Shown here: piece by piece, positions 25,231 through 39,479 of the stretch
Layout: every line of letters starts with the position of its first letter
How positions within the stretch are numbered: position 1 is the first letter of the stretch
From: Laetmonice hystrix
Taxonomy: Eukaryota
DNA length: 64,000 bases
Reading direction: 5' to 3'
NCBI GenBank assembly: GCA_965235115.1
Contig: OZ249442.1
Location: 17,732,001 to 17,796,000, forward strand
Made by a program: the position numbers and the translations under genes
Notes under the pieces: generated by a model
What the model was told of the DNA's origin: nothing
The model's input: the letters and a program-made list of their open reading frames with translations, nothing else
The model's database searches: none

Positions 25231-26805
25231 TAACAATATTCAGTCGATGTTTCGCTATCAGGGAGTCGTTTCACGCATGTCGGGGCCTCTCTTATCGTTC
25301 GGTGTAATAGCCAGATCCTTGTCTGCATCAACATTGTGTCGGGCAACATCGGGAGGTGGCCATCTATGTCATAATAATAAATGGCTCATATTGGACGGGC
25401 TGGCTTCTGGTTGTACACGGCCACGCCAAGCTATTACATACTGACTGATACGGGGGACTGGGCAGCGTACGCCTGCAGGCAAACTGTCCCACTGACTCAC
25501 CGCAAACACTTCTTCTTCCACAACAGTGCCTTCCGTCAAAAGTTCTGCAATTGTCATAAAGAGCGTTTCACGTGGAGGCTCTATGTATGTCAATAGGCGT
25601 ATGACGCAGACATACATCACCTTCTGTCAAAACGCTCGCCTTTAATAAGTTGTGAGAATATTTCACATCATCGGCTGGTGTCATGTATACATTATACCAT
25701 ACACCTACCTCTGTGATCAGTCCATGCTCCCAGCCCCTCACATAAACAACCCGATCTATAATTATATACTAACTATATCATATTCGCACACACTGCATAC
25801 GGCATTCTCAAAGTCAATAATTTGCCATTGCAGAAGTCGTTTTGAAAGGAATAACCCGGGGGACGGAAGTATTTTATTCGTGTCATTTATGGTCCCTTGT
25901 CCCTGGCAGCCTGGGATGACGGCAGCAACTATTAAAGACGTGCGAGGTTCTCCTCTATACTTACATCCACTTTGCCACCTTGTGTCAGGATGTGTTCACC
26001 TTGGAGATGATTATGTTTGCCGTAATGGTGGGATGAGCCGGAATTATCACCTACCATATATATAAGTCAAATCATTGAGGCAGTTGACTGCCTTTTCAGC
26101 CAATCACCACCGCACAAAAAGGTAGGTGCCCCCAAGCAACCACAACAATGAGGTCAACAAAGTTCCCCTCTCCGTTTTTCTGAGGGACGCGAAAGAGGAT
26201 GGGGGGGGGGGGGTCCATGGTCCATGTAATGATTAATTGGTCTGTCGCCCAAGCTTACAGTGTTATAACAGACCCACGCTGCCCGTTGCCTGGTGGCCTG
26301 CCGGCTGGGCTCAGACCATGCTCTTACAAACAAATTCCACTTATGAAAGTAGCTGGCTGGCGACCAGCAAATCTTGGTCCATTCTCAAAGGCTATCAATA
26401 ATTGACCTGATATCAATCAATAAGTTCTCTGTATGGCCATATTTTATGGCTTGCACTCTACAGTGTTCGTGCTGATTTTGATTGAAGGAATCTGCCAAGT
26501 CAGTGGCAGTGTGCCGCTTGCCAATCACTTTCTACATGATTTCCAAGGCTACTGCCACCAAAAGACCTGCATGCAACGGGCAGCCATCGAAACATCAAAT
26601 ATGGATAACGAGCAATACCCCCAAGATCTGGGCAACGATTTCTTAAAATTAATAAAGGATAGAGGCGTGGCTGTAACTCGGGTGAGGAGGTATGATTTGT
26701 CTGACAGCCTGGGGCGTACCGGGCAGGCAAAGGCTAACTTACTCTGCCTGCTGCCAGAGCCATATCAAATACATGCATGGTAACATTCACACCAACCTGG
26801 GGCGA

Positions 26806-27720
26806 GGCTTAGGGTAACGGGGCAGGGCTAGCGATAAGGATATACGTTTTGGGGAGGTTTGGGGATCGAGGTGAGGGGTTATGCTTAGGGTAACGGGGCA
26901 GGGCTAGAGATAAGGATATACGTTTTGGGGGAGGTTTGAGGAGCGAGGCTAGGGGGTAGGCTTAGGGTAACGGGGCAGGGTAGTGATAAGGATACGTTTG
27001 AGGGGGAGGTTTGGTGACGGAGGTTAGGTGTTATGCTTAGGGTAACGGGGCAGGGCTAGCGATGGGGATATATATTGTGGGGGAGGTTTGGGGACGGAGG
27101 TTCGGGGGTAGGCTTAGGGTAACGGGGCAGGGCTAGGGATGGGGATATATGTTGTGGGGGAGGTTTGGGGACTGAGGTTAGGGGTTATGCTTAGGGTAAC
27201 GGGGCAGGGCTAGCGATGGGGATATATGTTGTGGGGGAGGTTTGGGGACGGAGGTTCGGGGGTAGGCTTAGGGTAACGGGGCAGGGTAGCGATAAGGATA
27301 TGTTTGTAGGGGAGGTTTGGGGACCGAGGTGAGGGGTTATGCTTAGGGTAACGGGGCAGGGCTAGCGATAAGGATATATGTTGTGGGGAAGGTTTGGGGA
27401 CCGAGGTGAGGGGGTAGGCTTAGGGTAACGGGGCAGGGTAGCGATAAGGATATATGTTTGTGGGGGAGGTTTGGGGACCGAGGTGAGGGGTTATGCTTAG
27501 GGTAACGGGGCAGGGCTAGCGATAAGGATATATGTTGTGGGGAAGGTTTGGGGACCGAGGTGAGAGGGTAGGCTTAGGGTAACGGGGCAGGGTAGCGATA
27601 AGGATATATGTTTGTGGGGGAGGTTTGGGGACCGAGGAGAGGGAGTAGGCTTAGGGTACCGGGGCAGGGTAGCGATGGGATATATGATTGTGGAAGAGGT
27701 TTATGGACCGAGGAGAGGGG
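26806..27720. repeat. About 76-bp G-rich minisatellite, about 12 copies, dimeric higher-order structure
   Basis: Unit gcttagggtaacggggcaggg(c)tagcgataaggatatatgttgtgggggaggtttggggaccgaggtgagggg(ttat/gtag); end variants alternate. Confidence 0.95.
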
Positions 27721-30700
27721 GCATTAGCAAAGATATTGTTAACTATATCTTTAGTATTAGGCTTAGGTTTGGTGCTAGGACTAGATAGAATTTTAGTTCT
27801 CATCCCCAAATTTCGAGATTTACCATGGAATAAGGATGCTGCTGATGGTGATACAGACGGAATTGTTTGAGTGAAAGGCTATACGATTGCGTCTGTTCTC
27901 TGAGAATGTGGTTTACTGTGGGCCATCGTTCAGTTAGAGGGAGAGAAAAGCTGGCTGGTAGGGAGGGGTTTTCAAAATAAAGGAGGAGGGGGGGGCTTTT
28001 AGCATCACAATACTAGGAGGCCCCACTAGTTGAGGAAACAAGTCATGCTACTGGATTGGTAAAATCCTCGAGTGACACAGGTCACAATGCTGCCATGATG
28101 TGGTCAGGTATAGCTCTGGCTGTAATGATGTGGCATGACTATGGTTGTCATACATGTGTATAGCCCTTCCTGTAATGATGTAGCAAGATGATCATAATAC
28201 AATAAGATTACTCTGAATCGCCCAAATATTCCCATTTCTCTCTACTCCTTGACCTCCCGGATTACTAAACAGTAAACAGTCATCATTAGATCGTGAAATA
28301 TGCCACACACAACTTCAGACGTGTCATGACAACATTTCACAATGCAAGAGTGAGAATAAAACCGACCATAGGGGACATTGAGTGCAAACTAATCCAAGGC
28401 TAACCTGGGAATTGTGTAAAACAATTATGGTTTGCTGCTGGCGCCCATAACATTTCATGATGCCCTGATTGCATGGCTCTCAAGCATGAACCTCAGTCGG
28501 TTTTTTAACTGGCTCGCTAAAACGTTGCGAGTTATTTCTGACCCACAACCGGCTTAGATATTGTTTGCCTGATTCGTCCTGAGAACATAATGAAGAAGTC
28601 GGTGGAATGATGTGAATCTCTAATCAATCCGAGAAAGGCTGCTCACAAATTGGTTGGCAGCCCCTGAACGGACGATGCTTCAATGATTAAAACTGCATCC
28701 AAGACTTCCGCCTGCCTCCCTCAACCCCCCAACGCCATGATTGGGAAAAATCTTTGGGAAAAGTAGCGAAGCCATTCATCCAAGGGTATTTACAGCGTGA
28801 GAAGTCAAATTGAAGATTACGATAAAATCTGTGCCGGTGCCAAGTGCAAGTCGACGGTGGGGCGCAGAGATCTGTATATCCTAGGCGGCATGCGATGCTC
28901 ACATTCTGGCAGCGGCGCCAGTGGCGGCCGGCGGCGGATGCCTCTTGTTTAAGATTTCACATACACTGTGTACTTACAATAACCCGTGGTGTATAAGGCT
29001 GCCAGTCGGACATGCTACCCACCCACCACTCTCTTACCCTATAACAGTGCCCGTTTTTTGCCCCGCCTCATTCGCTTTGCACTTTAAAAAAAAATCTGGT
29101 TTGGATATCGTCCTAAAACCGCCAGAACTCGGGACAATGGCCTGGAAGTGAGATAATCAACACCTTTAAGGCCAGAGACACCTGGAGGGGAATACCGATA
29201 ACTACTATAACAGAAGCAACAGCAGCAGCAGATATCTATATCAACAAAAAGATTTCTATGTAAAGAGGTTAGCGTGAGAAGACACTTAAATTGTTCAAAC
29301 AGACAGTATTGACGGCAACTAACTTTGTCCTTTCATTTCAAAAGATTGCACTGGCTTGGCCTCCGTAATTCATTCTCGATCCCTTCTCCCCAAATTGATC
29401 TGGTGTAAGGTGTGCATCAAATTTATTCGTATTGTATTTATTCTTGGTGGCATAATTAGGAGCATTCTTTTGAACGGCCTGAACCTGTTTGGCATCAGAT
29501 ATTGATGCTTGCAAAGTTACTCCTCTCGAGGACTGAAAAGTTGTCTTGGATATTGTTGGAATCTGACGTGCCCGGTCTGCCTGGAAATTAATTTGGCAAT
29601 GTCTGCTTACAGGTATTTTTATCAACTGATGAAATTTTTCGCGCTGATCAATCCAGACATGATCTAACGCTGATTCGCATGTAGTGCCATGCCTTCAACA
29701 TCCAGTTGCCCATAAAAGATTGAACACGGTACGACACATGAATTGCCCCTTTCCGTGCTCGGGCGCCTCCGGCAAACAGAGAATTTAACGCATGTTTAGA
29801 AATCTCAAGTCGGCAGAGACCGTGAGAGGCTGCAGGTCTGAACTTCCTGCCAGTTGATGGTTTGGTGGCGGCACCAGTTACAGTCAGACTCCCGTACCTA
29901 CCTACCCCCACCCCCACCCCCGGCTCAGCTCAGTAAACCACCCCAACCCCCCACCCCAACCCAACCCCCACCCGTTTCCCATGGGTACACCAGGCACCAG
30001 CGCCCACTGAAGCACGAGTTTAACCAGTGCACGAGAAAAACAATTTTGTCTTCGATGAAGAATATAAGAAGAAAATTAGCAGAAAAAAACTCGCCACGGT
30101 GGTCTTACCGAGGGAGATTGGATGGAGTTACACCTGAATCACTGACCCCTGTCTAAAGACGACCTTTGCTCACTGCTGGACAGGTGAGAGGGAGAATAGG
30201 ACAACTGGAACATGAAGACTCTGGCAGGACGTGAAATGGTGGCTGACCACAAGGTCCTCGCTGGAATCACGAAGCCGACGTACCCACCACAAGATATCGA
30301 GCCGGGGCGGGGTTGGGGGAGGGGTAAAAGAAGTTCCAACTTGCAAAAAGAAAATGATGCGAGCTTGCGTGTAGTTCGCCAGGAGGGAGGCAGTCTGAGT
30401 GAAACTTCATTTGTGATAGTGACTGTGAGTAGCAGTCCGTTGACAGTGATGACTATTTGAGACCGAGGTCATCCATCTGCCCCCCCTCCCCGCCCTCCCT
30501 TGCCGCTGCTGCCGCCGCCGTCACCAAGGACCCACTCAGACGATGGGCCTGCCGCTCTCTTGCCACCGCTGTGAGATTCCCATCTTTCTGACCGGGCCAT
30601 TCCATGTCGGCCGCCATTATACACCTCCCCTGGCTGCCACCAGCCACTAAGGAGTCTCCAAAGACAGCGCGTTTATTACATTTTTGCCACGTTTGTGACA

Positions 30701-33408
30701 AGGCTTGCAGAGGTCCGCCTGGTCGGTCTGGCGGCCCATCATGACAGTGGGAAATCAAGTTAGGGCGAGATGCTTTTAGAAGAATTATCTGCTCAGTGCG
30801 GTGAATTGAAGGCAGTTCTCAGAGGGAATCATATATGTGAACCGAGTGGGGGTTACTGATGTCGGTCGACACACTGGCAGCAGGAGGAAGATGGGAAGGA
30901 GGAGGGAGGAGGGGGAAAGAGGATATGAAGGAGGAGGCAGAGGGAAGAGGTAAAGGAGGAGGGAGGGAGGGATGGATGGAGGGGGAGGAGGAGGGTAACC
31001 GGTGGCAGGTCCAGTGGGACTGCAGATACTAAACGTACTTCTCAACCCCTGCAGCAGGGAGCTATAGGATGGGTGGAGGCCATGAGATAGACATACATGT
31101 ACATAGGCCAACGTGTTGTTGGGATCGTCACCTCAAACTATCATCTGACTCAAGACAGCTGAGAGATACATTTGTACTCTGCTGCAGAGTGTATGACCTA
31201 TAATAGCATTACGTGTATTCATTGGTACCCCTGGTACCGAGGGAAACACTCTAATGCCTGGCAGCACAAAGTACGACAAGCTATGACCTGGGTCCCGTTG
31301 CTCCTAATCTGCAATTCCTCTTTAAGAGCTAACCAATTGAAGGACCCATCTGAAAGACCTTACCTTCTGCCAAACCCAACCATCTGTACAGACCTAAACA
31401 TCTGTACAGTCCTAACTGACTGACAACCCTAACCATCTGCTGAGTTTGAAACCCCTCCAGTAGCAGGTTGTAGGGTAACTGACAACCTTTTCTGCCCTGC
31501 CTTGTTCCGCTGACCGGTCTGTACATGGTCGGGCCGTCCTGACGACCATCAAGTGCCAGTTTTAATAACCACAACCACTGGGCGGGGAGGGCGATAAAAG
31601 GGGAAGCCCGATCCCAGACAGCCGACGCCATAAAGCCGTACCTGCTGGCACACCCTGGCACCGCCGCCTGGCCCCAGTTCCCAGTATGCGTCATGCAACT
31701 CTGAATTCTATAATTGTAACCTTTTCTATAACTGCGCGCATGCACATAAATCAGCCCCTTGTGGCCTCCTGAAAGCTATCAATTATTAAGATCAATTCAA
31801 AGAAATCAAGAAGTCTTGAAAGTCGCATCCAAGGTCGGATTCTCTCCCAAGGCTTGGAGAGTTGGTCCGGCACAGATCTGCAAGCTCTGACAGTGGATCG
31901 GATCCCAATGGTCATCTCTATACAGAAATATATCATTCACTGTCCCAATCAAAGTGTTGAGGACTTGACTAGACGGACCAGGCGTTAATCCTTAACACCA
32001 CCAAAGGTGACTCAGTGAACACATTTCTTAAAATCACCCCGTGTTAATTTAGTGAACGCGCTCCCAACTCATAGGGCCGTGTCACCTGGTCTAGGTGAGG
32101 TCGTGATGTCAAAGGTCGCCGTATGATGTCTCTGCCTGTCACCTGCAGCTGTCTCGCCATCGCCTACCCAAACTAAACCAGTCAACACATTTTACTTTAC
32201 GATTTCATAACAGAAGTTTCCATGATGTGTGAGCACCTGGCTTCCTCAGAATGCGTACTTCTTGCCTCGTCAGTCGACTGGGATTTGCACCATCTTTAAT
32301 CCCTCCAACTTGGGGAAGAAACTTTTTTATCATCTGCATAAATGCACGACATACTTTCAGTATCAGGAGCTATGAGCTAATAATATAAAAAAAAATCTTA
32401 ACGCAGATTTCCCCAGAAGGTTACGTACAAGGATCGAGAGCATAGTTTACTAATAATCAATCCTGTTGTAGATTACTACAGCGTGACTGTACCCCTTACT
32501 TTTATAGTAGAGTAGAGTTCAGTAGCTCTAAAATCCTATCATCTGTAGTCCGCTCACGTGTCTCCACGGCTATATGTCATCGATCCATTCTGTAGATCCT
32601 CCAGTCAGACATGGCCGCTCAAATCACACTTCTGCCACCTGGTGGTAACGGCCGGAAGCGGACGTGTGGTGAGGTGCCATGATCTTCTCTGTAGGCCTAT
32701 TCCAACTTCTGCTTCTCCTCCCGACGCTAGTCTATGGCTGATAATGCGTACCGTATAGACCCTTTTACAGGCAAGTATCAAACATTACATTAAAAACTAT
32801 TTACTCCTTTCTTTTGGTACCTAATTTGAAAGGGATTCGTCTTAATTCTAAAAGAAATGGACTTCTTATAAATAATTTAAACACAAAAACACGTCTGCGT
32901 GTGCATGGATTGAATATAAATTGTGTCTCCAATTTTTGTATTGAGGTTTATCCACCCCCCGGAATTCTGTCAGCCCCCCCCCCCCCTCCCCGGCCAACGA
33001 TACCTGGCGTCGAAGCTGCCTAGACCTCGGCCCCCTACCGGCAGGCACGCAAAACAAAACCACTGCCATCTCCGGTATCTAACTACAGAATAGAGACCAG
33101 CATTCATGTATGCCCAGTTCTGTTTTCTTTTAAATCCATTTATTTATTCATTATTTATTTGTCGTCCTGACCGTTATTATGGCCTGGAAGCCTTGCCAGG
33201 TTCCTGCTGCCTTATCTCCAGCAGAATCTCTGACCTGCTCGTGGCCAGGCTGGCCGCCGATCTCTACTCGACACCTAATCTCGACAATGATCTCGATCTA
33301 ATCGTCCTATCTATCCGGCTAATTCTTCCAGTCCCTCGGCCCGCTCCACCCGCCACGCTTCGCTGAGCTCCAACCTATTCTCCTAGCTTCTCCATTCTCC
33401 GCTGAAGG

Positions 33409-34200
33409 ACCGTGACCCATTCTCTCAGTTCGATCCCTCCACTCTCCATTGGACGACCGTGACCCATTCTCTCAGTTCGATTCCTCCACTCTTCATTGGA
33501 CGACCGTGACCCATTCTCTCAGTTCGATCCTTCCACTCTTCATTGGACGACCGTGACCCATTCTCTCAGTTCGATCCCTCCACTCTCCATTGGACGACCG
33601 TGACCCATTCTCTCAGTTCGATGCCTCCACTCTCCATTGGACGACCGTGACCCATTCTCTCAGTTCGATCTCTCCACTCTCCATTGGACGACCGTGACCC
33701 ATTCTCTCAGTTCGATCCCTTCATTCTCCAGTGGACGACCGTGACCCACTCTCCATTGGACGACCGTGACCGATCGGTTCGATCTCTCCACTCTCTCCTG
33801 GACGACCGTGACCCATTCTCTCAGTTCGATCTCTCCACTCTCTCCTGGACGACCGTGACCCATTCTCTCAGTTCGATCTCTCCACTCTCTCCTGGACGAC
33901 CGTGACCCATTCTCTCAGTTCGATCTCTCCACTCTCCATTGGACGACCGTGACCCATTCTCTCAGTTCGATCCATCCATTCTCCATTGGACGACCGTGAC
34001 CTATTTTCCCTGTTCCATGGATCCACTCTCCCCTGGACGGACGACTGTGACCCATTGTCCCTGCTCCACGCCTCCACTCTCCACTGTACAGGCAATCTTG
34101 ACCCATTGTCCCAGTTCCACTCTCCATTGAACAGACGGGCGTGAACAGACGGGCGTGACCCATTCTCCCAGCCCGATCCCTTTATTTCCACTAGACGGAC
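33409..34200. repeat. 47-bp minisatellite, about 12 copies, degenerating rightwards
   Basis: Unit gaccgtgacccattctctcagttcgatccctccactctccattggac. Confidence 0.95.
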
Positions 34201-35015
34201 GACTGTGATTGGGTCAAGTTTCACCATGAATTTTTTTTTCGCCGCTTCCCTCCCATCCCCTCCCCTCCCCTCCCCGAGACGATAACGTCTATGAGGGCAC
34301 CTAACTTGCCCATATAACCACCCCCAGATCTGAGCCCCGTACTTTAGCCTACCCCGCCGATCGCCCGGCCGACCGACCCACTGACTCTGCCATTATAACG
34401 GCGGCGCCCATGTCATGATCCAGCTCCTTGGCCAAAGGTGCATATTTTATTAGTGTTTTTATGAAATGAGGTGGTATGGCTAGCGGCTGCAGCTGGCACC
34501 ATTGGCCGCCACCAGGCCCCGGGGCTTGGCATCTCAGCCATTGCCAAGACGGAAATAAAGGAATTCCCAATCACAACAACCTTTGGTGTGATGAAAAGAT
34601 GCTTATCGCTGACGGTGGGGTAGGGGGTGACTGCAAACAGAGGGGTGCGGGTGAGGGTACCTTTGAAGATATTCATGAGAGCTGTGGGTAAGGAGATGGT
34701 TCATCTCACACTCCATCCTCTCACCCATGTTCATATGTCACTCCACATTACACCAGTTTACATTGATCTGCCGAACTCTCTTCAATAAAGGTTCTTGTAC
34801 CATAAATAGCCATCCATATAACTGCAGCAATTCTCTGACAAGCTATATAGTATGGCCATTGTTTATATGGAAATTTGGGTACATTTAAAGTAACTTTTAT
34901 TAGTGTTTATTATAAAGTAAGGATAAAAACTTCGGTCACCGTTAATACATTGTGGGGTGGGGTGGAGGGTATATCCCCGCTCCATTGCTGCATAGATATT
35001 GTACACTGATTACTA

Positions 35016-35279
35016 NNNNNNNNNNNNNNNNNNNNNNNNNNNNNNNNNNNNNNNNNNNNNNNNNNNNNNNNNNNNNNNNNNNNNNNNNNNNNNNNNNNNN
35101 NNNNNNNNNNNNNNNNNNNNNNNNNNNNNNNNNNNNNNNNNNNNNNNNNNNNNNNNNNNNNNNNNNNNNNNNNNNNNNNNNNNNNNNNNNNNNNNNNNNN
35201 NNNNNNNNNNNNNNNNNNNNNNNNNNNNNNNNNNNNNNNNNNNNNNNNNNNNNNNNNNNNNNNNNNNNNNNNNNNNNNN
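35016..35279. other. Assembly gap (264 N)
   Basis: Run of N. Confidence 0.99.
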
Positions 35280-36572
35280 TGGCGTTGAGAGTCCCGTTTT
35301 TCAACCCAGGTATTATAAGTAAGGAGACCATGAGAACACTGAGGATCACCCCGCTCTCCTGAGACCAGAGGAATCGTCTAACCTGGGTCGCACCCATGGT
35401 GCCACACTAACGAACCAAGAACAAAACTAATGTAGTCATATTATCAAAACATGGTCGTACACCTGACAGAAACCGGTTTGCACCATAGCACACATTCCCC
35501 GAATTCAGAGATTGCCTGTGCAAGTGTCGATCTGCTGAGTTCGACGATGACGGCAGACTGGATCACGAGTGTGGTCTACAGAATGAGGTCAGCTGGGTTC
35601 AGAAACGGTCACGGTTCGTGATCATAGGGGGCGCCACCGGCCCTCCCACGTTACATTACACTCAGCTTGTGATATGATACACCCCACAAAAATGGAATAA
35701 ATCACCAGCCCCCTGTAAGCCCCATCCTCAGGTGTCCATATCGAAGTAGATGATATCAGATGGCAAGACCCCCCGGACTTTTCCACACAGGATCACTGAC
35801 AACAACTAAAACAGACAAACTAATGCGAGAGCGGGCGAGCGGATGTATGTATTCGAGTACAAATAAAAGCATAAATCTACATCTCCATGATAAGGCTCTG
35901 TTTGTTCAGCTTACAAGGGCAATCTCAGCTATTTATGTAGCTATGTTTCAATGCAAGAAGACTTTTTAAAAACGGAAGCTGAGACCGGAGAAGAGTGTCC
36001 AGTGATTCTCCGTGTGGAGAAGATTGGAATCGAACCTCCCCCAAACAACATTTTTATGAAATCTGGTTGCAAAAATGAGAAATCTATCACTATTCGTAGT
36101 CCCAAATCTAGCCCTAACCCAAGACCTCGGTCCGAAGACCTCCAAACAACGTACCTTGTGTTGTAATGGGTGTTTGTAATCCAGGTCAGTGTGAAGACTT
36201 TACTGGGGCGATATAAAGATTGCCTCTGAATGTAATATCTGATGTGGCATTCAGATGTTCTCACGCAAATCTTGCCAACAACTTACGACCTCCGGTCTAT
36301 TTATTTAAGATGAAATGATAAAGATTCGTGGCCTCGACTTCTACTTCCTTTGTTTTTCAGATATATCTTTCTTGATTTACTTTCAACTACTTGAGTTAGT
36401 GTTCTAACTAAGGTAACATTCGATAAAAGTGACAGCGGTAGAAGTAAAGTCACTACAGGTTGATTATTGAAAAATGTCGAGTACCGACATACACAGCGCT
36501 CCAACTTTCATTTCAAGACTGGCCGCCATAGGGCAACGGGGCATCAGTGGCTCCACCTAGTTGAGATCACCT

Positions 36573-36650
36573 AAACCTAAAACAAGCGTACGTTTAGGCA
36601 TAGAACTAGACAAACAGGTCTAGTTCTATGGTTTAGGCTTTTTTAGGTTT
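36573..36650. repeat. Inverted repeat / hairpin
   Basis: Perfect 13-bp stem catagaactagac (36599-36611) / gtctagttctatg (36618-36630) with a 6-nt loop, inside imperfect outer arms aaacctaaaa / ttttaggttt. Confidence 0.75.
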
Positions 36651-38559
36651 TTCCTTCGCGGAATCAAGGATTCGCACAAATCTTTGTTTTCTGATAATTT
36701 CGCAGTTACTATTCATAAAACCCCGGGGTGACACCTTTCCAGACTTGGATTACCCACACCTTGGCCCAGCCTGGCGAGTTCTGTGCCGGGCGCCCCATCA
36801 CGGGAGCAGCCTATGTTGTCCGTTCTGACCCGGCCCGGCCAGGCCTCCACCCCGGGCCGCCCCCAGCCCTACGGTCGGCCCTCCACTCCCTGTCGTCCCA
36901 GCCGCAGCTGCAACGATGACAAACCCGCCGGATGAAAAGCAATCGTTACGCATCCATTTCAAGTTGAGCCACTTGGTCGTGCTGTCAATGCGGCTGACAA
37001 GACGGTTCGGCCACCCTTCCATTAATGGGTTAAATGCCATATTAACCCTGTCCTGACCCCGAGTGGTCACCAACATGCCCCTAGCCTCCCCACCACCCTC
37101 GCGCTTGTCAATAGCGGCTCTTATCGCTTCCAACACCCGATGCACTTTCACTGAAATACTCTAAAATAAAACAACCACTAAAAGACAATCGATACAAGCC
37201 TAAACCCGATCACCACCTCAGTCGTCCTCAGCCAAAAGTTGTTGCCAAACCAAGCACATTAAATCACTAATGAAACGAAAGCGGGAAATCAGAATTGAAA
37301 CCAGCGGCCTGTTTCAGTGCACTGTGATTGAGTAGCAGCCGCAATGTCTATTGTCGACTCGGTTCATCACTGAGCCACAATTACTGACCCCCAGTCGTCG
37401 CCACTCTAGTGTTTAACCCTGCCCATTCACACACAGATCCGGGGCCTCCTCCAACTCCACCTTATTCCTCCTGCCCCCTCCCCTGCTCCACTCTCCTACC
37501 GCCTGAGCACCTCTCCAAAGACACTGATTAACCTCAATTAAAACTATAGCTGACGGTGTGCAGGTCCCAGACGCTGGTCCAGGCCGTTTGACGAAACTTG
37601 CTGACGGTCTGCAAGAGCGCCCCCTGGGAGCGGGTTCGCTTCTATTTACCGAACCCACAAATCTATATCAGACGTGCGGCGAATATTTCTCGGCACGTTC
37701 ACGATTCCGATGTGGCAAGTTTCTGGTTTTAATCTGCCTTGGTCGAGCGCAATGTGAATGTGAAACCCTTCCGTCACAATGGGCCTCAGTGACGACGGGC
37801 CCGCCGCCATCTCACTTCTATCTCCGGCCAGCTGCAGCAAATTAATGTTCATCTATCGTGTCTTTATTTAATGGGATTATTGATGAGTTAAAATAAAGAA
37901 GTACATGACGTACATGAACTCGAAACAAAATTACAATGGATTTTTGTCCCTCTTTAGGGCTTTCTTCTATTGCCCTCAGTAAAACATCGCTTTCGTACCC
38001 GCCATTACTGTATTGTATCGTATTGTATTGCTAAAATATTGTCATGTTTCTAAATGTCCATGTTATATAGTTGGGTATTGCACTACCACGTCCCCACCTA
38101 TATCTCATCAACAGATCCTAAAGATCCTAAGGCTCCATTAAAAACGTCAATGGCGGAAGAATACTGGCTGCATTGGTTGCCTGTCGCAAAGGCAGTGATG
38201 TGATATTGAGACATGTGTCGAGTGTTTTAATCTCAGCCGGCCCAGCTGACAGAGCCAGGTCCACCATATTTGAAGGTCACACAGATTATGTATATGAAAA
38301 GCGTGGCGAGGACCTGGCAGGTATATTTTACCGCATACCGAAACTGTTGTGCCAGTTAGGAGCCGTGGGCTATCCCGGACCGGGGACTGTCTGTTATGCC
38401 AGGTATGTTCAGACCTATTACGGCTGGTCAGGGGAAGGTGTTGATAGATGGCGCGCTCATGGTGCGTTTATAATGGTCAGCACTGACCAGCCGGACAAAA
38501 TCAAACTCTGCCCAGTGCCGACACAACTGGTCCGCCAATCCTGTTTTCTACAGTCAAAC

Positions 38560-39050
38560 TCCCTAAACACACCCCTGACCCCATACTCAACCAGCCAACT
38601 CCAAGACGATCCCTAAACCTAACAACACCTATCCAGCCAACACCCAAGACGGCCCCTGGCCCCATATTCAACCAGCCAACTCCCTGGAGGGTCCCTAAAC
38701 CCCATAATACAACCTTACCGCACACCCAGACACGGCTCCTAACACCACATCCAGCCAGCTAACTTCCCCAGATCGCCCCTTATCTCACCCCCCCCCCCCA
38801 CCAACTCACCAGACAACCCCTAACCCCACACCGACCCCACCAACTCCCCAGACAGCCCCTAACCAAACACTCAACCAGCCAACTCCCCAGACAGCCCCTA
38901 AACCGACCACCGACCCCACCAACTCCCCAGACAGCCCCTAACCAAACACCGACCCCACCAACTCCCCAGACAGCCCCTAACCAAACACCCAACCAATTTA
39001 ACCTGCCAACCCCCATAGGTCTATAACCGCACACCCAACCAGCCAACTCC
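38560..39050. repeat. Degenerate C/A-rich tandem repeat (about 39-bp units)
   Basis: Recurring caactccccagacagcccctaacc / ccagccaactcc. Confidence 0.8.
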
Positions 39051-39479
39051 TCCCCAACGCAACACTCTGCTCTCGTTCAGTCGTCACGGTTACTGTCCAC
39101 ATTTACATATAATAGATCTGAGTATATCGGTTAGGTCTACTATTGTATTTATTTACACATTTTTATTATTCATTCGGCAGGGGTATTTCTGCCCGACAAC
39201 GTAAGACCTGGTGTGAGTAGGTGCTGCCCTAATGCCACAAAGACTCGGTAGTCACTGAGGGGGAAACCTGCTCAGATCCGACAGGTACACGCGATGACAC
39301 CTAGTGGCACGGTCCGTACAACCAACGGTACAAAGGTACGTACCATTGGGGCATAACGGGTACAACCCAAAACACGCGGGCCTCAGGCAACAATAGCTAA
39401 TGACGACATGAGCATGATCGGCAAACATCAAGGCCTACACTTATTCCCTCACCTAACTCCAAGGTTCTGACCCTAAGCC

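Noticed and set aside
34942-35397. ORFs spanning X runs (also 49949-50275)
   Set aside because: Artefacts of assembly gaps.
38229-38290. miR-216-like sequence taatctcagccggc
   Set aside because: The 5' part matches from memory, but only 6 bp of the putative stem pair; no pre-miRNA hairpin.
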